Assembly (NCBI GenBank): GCA_045656665.1
Contig: JAZORP010000054.1
Span: 1-62,451 of the forward strand
Reading direction: 5' to 3'
Length of the DNA: 62,451 nt
Source: Acutalibacteraceae bacterium
Lineage (GTDB): Bacteria; Bacillota; Clostridia; Oscillospirales; Acutalibacteraceae
Shown here: piece after piece, positions 46,653-52,261 of the stretch
Layout: each line of letters starts with the position of its first letter
How positions within the stretch are numbered: the first letter of the stretch is position 1
The notes under the pieces: model-generated
Told to the model about the DNA's origin: nothing
The model's input: only the letters and a program-made list of their open reading frames with translations
Database searches by the model: none
Made by a program: the position numbers and the translations under genes

Positions 46653-47213
46653 TTATTCTTTCATAGCATAAGCGACATTTAATAATACCTCCAACTTATT
46701 TTCTGGAAGTTCTTGAGCTATGTTAATTAGATCTAAAATACTAGATGATTTTCTTATATTGGTGTGATGTTTATTAGGTTTACTGTTTAAACGCATTTCT
46801 TTTTGAATCTCTTCATCAACATTTTCAAAATATTCCAATGTAACGCCAAAGAAATTTGATATTTTATTGAGTGTACAAACTCTAGGCATACTACCATTTT
46901 TCCAACGTGTAATAGCTGGAAGAGAGAGGTTTAACTCGTTAGCCACATTAGCAGGAGTAATGTTTGCCCTATTACAAAGTTCTAAAAATCTACTATAAAA
47001 AATTGTTGATTTATCGTTTGAATTATAGTCATTTTTCAATTCATCCATTGAAACCGCAAAAAAGTCTGCAATTTTTTTGCAGTTTGCATCCGTTGGATCA
47101 CCTCCATTTTTCCAGCGTGTCACACAAGATTTACTAATTTGAAGCATATTCGCTACCGAACAAGGCGTCATCCTTTTTGAATTACATAATAAAATAAACT
47201 TTTCATAAAACAT
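46653..47213 (-). CDS. XRE-family regulator with two tandem HTH domains
   Basis: Two repeats of the pattern ...CSVANMLQISKSCVTRWKNG... / ...ANVANELNLSLPAITRWKNG... Confidence 0.8.
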   Translation of the reverse strand: MFYEKFILLCNSKRMTPCSVANMLQISKSCVTRWKNGGDPTDANCKKIADFFAVSMDELKNDYNSNDKSTIFYSRFLELCNRANITPANVANELNLSLPAITRWKNGSMPRVCTLNKISNFFGVTLEYFENVDEEIQKEMRLNSKPNKHHTNIRKSSSILDLINIAQELPENKLEVLLNVAYAMKE

Positions 47214-47244
47214 ATTTGTAGTACTCCATAAGATTTTTTAATTT

Positions 47245-47273
47245 ATAATATCATAAAAAGTTAATTTTTTCAA
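47245..47273 (-). promoter_or_regulatory. candidate sigma-A promoter of the island operon
   Basis: Minus strand reads TTGAAA, 17 nt spacer, TATTAT; about 30 nt upstream of the XRE start. Confidence 0.35.
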
Positions 47274-47604
47274 CCACAGGTTTATAATATATGATACTAA
47301 TTACTGTGATTTTATTTTTCCTTAATTATATAGAATACCGTTCTTGTTATAAAAAAGAAAATACAAAAACAAGAACTAAAACCTTACGAAAAGAATTACT
47401 TTATATAAAATACGGGTATAACGGGGTTGATAGAGAGTCTCTAGCAAACCGACAAGCAAGTTATTTTTTATTTATTAATGATAAAACCACATAGCAACCA
47501 AAGGATATGTACTGTTTATAGTTGCGAAAAAATCAGTATTTATGCGGTTTTACGCTTGATTACTGTAACGCTACTCCGACCATTTTAGCGGTTTTAGCCG
47601 CATA

Positions 47605-47639
47605 AAAGCCGCAGAGCATAAACGCTTTGCGGCTTTTTC
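47605..47639 (+). terminator. orphan terminator-like hairpin
   Basis: AAAGCCGCA...TGCGGCTTT stem followed by TTTC; no convincing upstream CDS on the + strand. Confidence 0.4.
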
Positions 47640-47761
47640 AAAAAACATTTTGTATTAAATTTTTTAAATATTATATACGTAGGGAAATAGATAATGTTTA
47701 TAAACCCACAGAATATTATTACAGTTTCTGTGAAAACTTATATAAAAAGGGGAGTGATAAA

Positions 47762-48061
47762 ATGGAAACGAATGAACTGGTTAAAAATACGCTGGACCAG
47801 ATTCCACAGGCCGTCCCAAACGCAAAACGCATAGTAGGTCTTGTGAAAAAGAACGGCAGAGTGACGGGATATAAATTATCAGATGAAACCTTTATAACAA
47901 AATCCCAAGCAGTGGAAAAGGCAAAGCAAGGGCAAATCGCGGGAGTGGGGATCGCGCACAGAAGAGATACTGAATATCTCAAAGCAATCCCAAATGGAAA
48001 TGAAAATGACAACCTCGGCAATCTGCCGGCGTTTCCACCTGATAATCAATCTTACAAATAA
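47762..48061 (+). CDS. DUF3892-like small protein (99 aa)
   Basis: METNELVKN...GRVTGYKLSDETFITKSQAVEKAKQGQIAGV...YLKAIPNGNENDNLGNLP resembles my recollection of DUF3892; start trimmed to the ATG after GGGGAGTG. Confidence 0.6.
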   Translation: METNELVKNTLDQIPQAVPNAKRIVGLVKKNGRVTGYKLSDETFITKSQAVEKAKQGQIAGVGIAHRRDTEYLKAIPNGNENDNLGNLPAFPPDNQSYK

Positions 48062-48063
48062 GT

Positions 48064-48096
48064 AAAGCGGCAAGAGTATTCCTTGCCGCTACATTT
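48064..48096 (+). terminator. rho-independent terminator
   Basis: AGCGGCAAG / CTTGCCGCT stem followed by ACATTTT. Confidence 0.5.
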
Positions 48097-48097
48097 T

Positions 48098-48238
48098 CAT
48101 TAACGCCCATTGGACCGTCGGGGGTAGCGTAAGCGGGCGAGTCGGGAGTGAATGACAGTCCGGTGGACTCTCAGAGTCGCCCATGGACCTAGCCGCAGTG
48201 TGAGACCGCCGTTCCCTACGTAATGCAATTCCCCTCCC
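48098..48238. repeat. MITE-like structured intergenic repeat, second copy
   Basis: Core AGCGTAAGCG..GGGAGTGAATGACAGTCCGGTGGACT.TCAGAGTCGCCCA shared with 41177-41250; right end is the inverted TACGTAGGGAACGGCG end module. Confidence 0.55.
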
Positions 48239-48249
48239 TAGTATTATAA

Positions 48250-48286
48250 AAAACAAAAAATCGCAGAGTTTAACTTCTCTGCGATT
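48250..48286 (-). terminator. rho-independent terminator ending the RiPP-like operon
   Basis: Minus strand reads TCGCAGAG AAGTTAAA CTCTGCGA followed by TTTTTTGTTTTT. Confidence 0.65.
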
Positions 48287-48739
48287 TTATTTTTTTGAAA
48301 ACAACGGGCGGATATATTTATAATATTTTTTAAAATAATGTAAAAAACCCCATGTTCGGGTGTATAAAAAATACCCAACTGATTTTTTTACCGGAATTTC
48401 CCTTCCGTTTCTGTTAAACGAAGCTACCACACCGATTATCTGATTATCCTTTACAGGAAACTCCTTTTGCCACTGATTATCTCCGCGGCAGGTATAGGAA
48501 CCATCCTTATGAACCTTTATAATGCGGTGGAGAATAAATTCTCCATTCTCGCGTCTATAAAACGGCACGTCATATTTCTTGAGCGGAATGGTCGGCTTCA
48601 CAAGGGTTATTTTATCGCGGCGATGATAAACCATCGGTTGCATACTGTAGCCCGAAACCGTAAATGTGACGCGGGCATCGCGCTCAAGCGTTTCAGCTAT
48701 CAGCGGATACATATCCGCCATAGGCACAAGTTCACTCAT
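48287..48739 (-). CDS. S26/S24-superfamily peptidase, ER/archaeal (SipW-like) signal-peptidase type, no membrane anchor
   Basis: SGYSMQPM (Ser box), ILHRII (His box), CRGDNQ box; 150 aa; no N-terminal TM helix. Confidence 0.7.
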   Translation of the reverse strand: MSELVPMADMYPLIAETLERDARVTFTVSGYSMQPMVYHRRDKITLVKPTIPLKKYDVPFYRRENGEFILHRIIKVHKDGSYTCRGDNQWQKEFPVKDNQIIGVVASFNRNGREIPVKKSVGYFLYTRTWGFLHYFKKYYKYIRPLFSKK

Positions 48740-48998
48740 CTATGCAGCCGTCTTCCCGCAAGCTATCGATAAAACTCAAAGTATCAGCAAGGGCGGTTTC
48801 CTTATCTATATTATATTTATCCGCTAAAAGGGAGGCCAGCGTCTCGGCATCTGTTTCCTGCTCCATATTTTCCCACAAAAAGCGGCCAGCCTCATTAAAG
48901 GTGGTAACACCTGTGAAAAGCAACGATTCGCTCTCCATATCCATAAGTATATTTTGGCCACATAACGATTTTAATAAAAAATTGCTCTTTCTTTTCAT
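48732..48998 (-). CDS. PqqD-family protein (RiPP recognition element-like)
   Basis: FNEAGRFLWENME...ETLASLLADKYNID...ALADTLSFIDSLREDGCI is the typical PqqD pattern; 88 aa; 8-nt overlap with the peptidase gene. Confidence 0.8.
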   Translation of the reverse strand: MKRKSNFLLKSLCGQNILMDMESESLLFTGVTTFNEAGRFLWENMEQETDAETLASLLADKYNIDKETALADTLSFIDSLREDGCIDE

Positions 48999-49024
48999 GT
49001 GGATTTCCTCTTTTGCTTTGTATT

Positions 49025-49726
49025 TTAATCTCTTTTGCCGCTCATAGTCTCCCAGGACATTTTAGCGGCTTCAAGAGTCGGCGTGCATCCCATTTTATAA
49101 ACAGGTACTGCATTTAAAATTTTCTCCAAAACATCAAGTTGCAAGCTCATGCTTTCGCTATCCGTTTTCTTATAGCAGGCAGTCAGCGATGCGAAAACTG
49201 CTTCGGCTTTTTCGGTAGGCTTTATCCAATTTTGCTCGCTTCTGGTTAAAAAGCAGATTGCCTCCAGCTTAACTCCAAGGTTAACCGAAATATCGTTCTT
49301 GCCGCTCCAAGGCGATCCGTATGCATAGATACCGTCTTGCATAATGCGAAGAATGGGTTTATCATCATTTAATATATATGCCCTATCGCCAAAAAGCTCA
49401 AGCCATTTGGAAGTGTGGGTGGATTTGCCTGTGCCGGATGGGGCTGAGAAAAGATAAGCCCTGTCATCCACAACAACTGCCGAAGAATGAAACCTCAAAC
49501 CGCCGCGCCTGAACATCTGCAAAGAAAATAAATACCCCTCATATAAATATAACGCCGTGGTATCATCGCAAAGAGGATATCTCTCTTTTGCAGAAAGGAG
49601 GCTTGACTCAATAACAAAATCGGTAGGCGCATCGTCTTTGATGAGATATTTCCGGGCTCGCTCAATTGTGACCTCGCTGCAATTTTTGAGTTCGACCACA
49701 AAATCGGCGATACGGTACTTTGCCAT
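49025..49726 (-). CDS. HPr kinase/phosphorylase-like P-loop protein
   Basis: FSAPSGTGKSTHT Walker-A-like loop followed by AYILNDDKPIL, as in the HprK C-domain and HprK-related RiPP kinases; AAGGAG SD. Confidence 0.65.
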   Translation of the reverse strand: MAKYRIADFVVELKNCSEVTIERARKYLIKDDAPTDFVIESSLLSAKERYPLCDDTTALYLYEGYLFSLQMFRRGGLRFHSSAVVVDDRAYLFSAPSGTGKSTHTSKWLELFGDRAYILNDDKPILRIMQDGIYAYGSPWSGKNDISVNLGVKLEAICFLTRSEQNWIKPTEKAEAVFASLTACYKKTDSESMSLQLDVLEKILNAVPVYKMGCTPTLEAAKMSWETMSGKRD

Positions 49727-49738
49727 AAATTTCTCCTT

Positions 49739-49772
49739 TTAAAAAAGTGATAGGGAAAAACTCCCTATCACT
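49739..49772 (-). terminator. intrinsic terminator/attenuator between the precursor-like ORF and the enzyme genes
   Basis: Minus strand reads AGTGATAGGGA GTTTT TCCCTATCACT (11-bp stem) followed by TTTTTT, immediately before the kinase SD. Confidence 0.65.
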
Positions 49773-49787
49773 CTTAAGTTAGATTCC

Positions 49788-49916
49788 TTAACCTTCGTTG
49801 CTTCCCAAAATTGTAAGCCCGCCGCCGCCGGTCAATGTTCCGCCGCCGGTAAGACTGTTTGCAATAGCTTCAACAGCTTCGAAATCTATGCGTATCTTTT
49901 TTGGTGCTTCGTACAT
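49788..49916 (-). CDS. 42-aa precursor-peptide-like ORF
   Basis: Hand translation gives MYEAPKKIRIDFEAVEAIANSLTGGGTLTGGGGLTILGSNEG; GAGGTGA SD 5-6 nt upstream; not in the ORF track; the + strand ORF 49798..50088 is its shadow. Confidence 0.5.
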   Translation of the reverse strand: MYEAPKKIRIDFEAVEAIANSLTGGGTLTGGGGLTILGSNEG

Positions 49917-49965
49917 TTTTTCACCTCATTCAATAAAATTTACAAAGCCAATAAGACTTGGATTA

Positions 49966-51354
49966 TTACTGAGCCGCTGTGTAAGCTGTTTTGTATGCTA
50001 CGGCAGCAGCAGATTCGTCAGCTTGGATCATATCGATGAAAGATACAGAACCGGTAGCATCGATATCACCTTCACCGCTTTCTGTTAAGAAATAAATTGT
50101 GAAGTTGAGATCATCGCCGAACTGGTCAACGTTCATACCGCTGTAGGTTACATTAGCTTCATACTTAACTCTGCCCTTTAATACATACTCCCAAGCAGTA
50201 TCATCAATAGCAGCAGCGCCGAATTTAACATCTGAACCGCCATTAACATTTGCCTTTAAACCGATTTCAGTAATCTTAGATTCAGCAAGAGCAATCTGCT
50301 CGGCAAGAGCTTTGAACTGAGCTCCTGTCATAGAAACATTAGCGGTTGCGCTCATATCTTTGAGGTTGTAAGTAGATGTGAAAGAAGCACTGTCGCCGAT
50401 TGTGCCGGTAGTACCCTCAGCTTCTGCATCCTCAGCTGCAGCCCAAGCAGTGTAAGCAGCGGCTACATTATCGGTAACAACATCCTTAACAGCCTTAGAA
50501 GCTACTTCAGACTTAAGAACGATTTCATCGTCGCCTACAGTGTACTTAACATAAGCAACGAAGTTAACGGTGTCTTCCATCTGGTCAAAGTTAGCGCCTG
50601 TGTAAGCTGCCCAAGGATCGAGTGTAGCAGAGCCAGCTAAAATAGCAGCCCAACCTGCATCGTCGATTGCAACAGCAGAACCGTCTGCGGTGTTCTCATC
50701 GGGAGTAGCACCGATAGCAACCTTAACGCCAACCTCGGTGATTTTACCGCCTATGCTGTTGATACGGTCTGCGAGAGCTTTAGCTTCATCAGCAGTGTAA
50801 GCAGCGGTGCCTTTTACAGCCTGAGTAGCATTGTCACCCGAAACGGTAACGCCCTTAACAGCAGCAGCGATTTCTGCATCAGAAGCTGCAACGGTCAAAG
50901 TAGCGCCTGTCTCTGCAACTGTAACATCTGCTAAATCGGCATCAGCGTAAACGGAACCGTCAGCAAAAGTGATAGCAAACGTGTCGCCATAAGCTGCGTT
51001 AGCAGGAACTGAAACATCAAATGTGAACAAATCGCCACCTGTTACAGAAGCGAGATTCTCTGAAAGGAAATAGATTTCCTTTTCTTCGTGTACAGCAACA
51101 TTAGCGTCAGAAATATCTTCAGCCAAAGTCAAGTCGCCAATATTAACGGTGAACTCAGCGCCTGCAACAGCGTCAATATTCTCAGCATTAACGCGAATAG
51201 TTACAGTGTCGCCTGCTTTCGGTGTGGTGGTTGAAGCGATCAACTTGATGGCAGCTGTACCTTCAGCAGATGCCATAATACCGCAAGTAATTGCAGACAA
51301 GCAGAGAACCACAGCCAAAACACACGCCAAAGATTTTTTGAAAAGTTTTGTCAT
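49966..51354 (-). CDS. secreted cohesin-like protein with two C-terminal repeats
   Basis: Signal peptide MTKLFKKSLACVLAVVLCLSAITCGIMASA; N-terminal cohesin-like beta domain (KAGDTVTIRVNAENIDAVAGAEFTV); two about 110-aa repeats; start trimmed to ATG 51354 after AGGAGA. Confidence 0.6.
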   Translation of the reverse strand: MTKLFKKSLACVLAVVLCLSAITCGIMASAEGTAAIKLIASTTTPKAGDTVTIRVNAENIDAVAGAEFTVNIGDLTLAEDISDANVAVHEEKEIYFLSENLASVTGGDLFTFDVSVPANAAYGDTFAITFADGSVYADADLADVTVAETGATLTVAASDAEIAAAVKGVTVSGDNATQAVKGTAAYTADEAKALADRINSIGGKITEVGVKVAIGATPDENTADGSAVAIDDAGWAAILAGSATLDPWAAYTGANFDQMEDTVNFVAYVKYTVGDDEIVLKSEVASKAVKDVVTDNVAAAYTAWAAAEDAEAEGTTGTIGDSASFTSTYNLKDMSATANVSMTGAQFKALAEQIALAESKITEIGLKANVNGGSDVKFGAAAIDDTAWEYVLKGRVKYEANVTYSGMNVDQFGDDLNFTIYFLTESGEGDIDATGSVSFIDMIQADESAAAVAYKTAYTAAQ

Positions 51355-51426
51355 CTTTGTTTCTCCTAACCGGCTAAAAAGCCTGATTTTTTGGCCTTCG
51401 CCCAAAGGCCGGGGGTGAAAAAAAGT

Positions 51427-51456
51427 AAATATACGCTATCTTTCATTGTTAAGTCA
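51427..51456 (-). promoter_or_regulatory. candidate sigma-A promoter for the cohesin-like/peptide operon
   Basis: Minus strand reads TTGACT, 18 nt spacer, TATATT; about 70 nt upstream of the start. Confidence 0.3.
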
Positions 51457-51580
51457 ATTATAGCACCAATCAAAAAATGTGTCAAGCATAAAAAAATGAC
51501 ATTGTGCACAAAATGTGAAAGTTGTTTTTGTGCGAAAAACAGAAAGCATTTTTCCTATGTATAATAAGTTCCAATTCTTG

Positions 51581-52165
51581 CTATTTTTCAACATTTCTCT
51601 GCTCATCCAAAGACAAAAGAAAGCTTGGCATGAATTCGTTTAAGAAAACCTCTGCCTCGGGAAGGTCCATTTTTTCGATAGCCTTCCTTGTTGACCTTTC
51701 GGCAACTGCAAATTCTCTGTTGCCCATATTAAGCTCCTCAGCGCATTTTATAAGGGCGGAAATTTTGTCGGCCGCTTTGCAGAGCCTCTCTGTCAGCTCA
51801 TCGGGATTGTATATCTTCGAAAAATCCTCCCTTAAATCCTCAGGCAGCATTTCCATAAGCTGTTTTTCGGCGGTGGCCTCTATCTGCTTGTAGGCTGCTT
51901 TTATCTCAGCGTTATAATATTTTATGGGAGTGGGCATATCGCCGGTTATTATCTCGGAGGTGTCGTGATACATAGCTACCGTTGCGGTGTAGTAAGGGTC
52001 GGCATTGCCGCCGAATCGCCTGTTATTTATAAGAGCGAGGGCATGAGCTATTTGCGCCACCTCAAGCGAATGCTCGCTCAGATTTTCCTGACGGGTATTG
52101 CGCATAAGCCCCCAACGGTAGATATTTTTCATTCTCGACATCATTGCATAAAAATGACTTTGCAA
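51581..52165 (-). CDS. yfbR: 5'-deoxynucleotidase, YfbR-like HD-domain phosphohydrolase
   Basis: QSHFYAMMSRMKNIYRWGLMRNTRQENLSEHSLEV...MYHDTSEIITGD is collinear with E. coli YfbR from residue 2; TTG start. Confidence 0.88.
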   Translation of the reverse strand: MQSHFYAMMSRMKNIYRWGLMRNTRQENLSEHSLEVAQIAHALALINNRRFGGNADPYYTATVAMYHDTSEIITGDMPTPIKYYNAEIKAAYKQIEATAEKQLMEMLPEDLREDFSKIYNPDELTERLCKAADKISALIKCAEELNMGNREFAVAERSTRKAIEKMDLPEAEVFLNEFMPSFLLSLDEQRNVEK

Positions 52166-52261
52166 AAAATCACATCCTTTTATTAAAAAAGATAATATTA
52201 TATGTTCTATTGAATATTATAACATTTATTGATATAATATCAATAAAAGATTTTTTAAAGG

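Noticed and set aside
47291-47494. 67-aa + strand ORF at the island edge
   Set aside because: It has no SD, and its ATG sits inside a TATAAT-like box. It is retained only as context for the orphan-terminator finding.
44976-48245. Prophage or integrative element call
   Set aside because: There is no integrase, recombinase, or structural or replication gene. Only compositional shift, an XRE regulator and short repeats are present, so the region is reported as an island or remnant rather than a mobile_element feature.
49788-49916. Interpretation of the small peptide as a lasso peptide
   Set aside because: It has a YxxP leader, and PqqD and an HprK-like kinase are present. But the window contains no lasso cyclase or B-type protease, and the putative core has no Asp/Glu at positions 7-9 to close a macrolactam ring.
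49798-50088. 96-aa + strand ORF
   Set aside because: It is antisense to both the 42-codon precursor-like ORF and the 3' end of the cohesin-like gene, and it has no SD.
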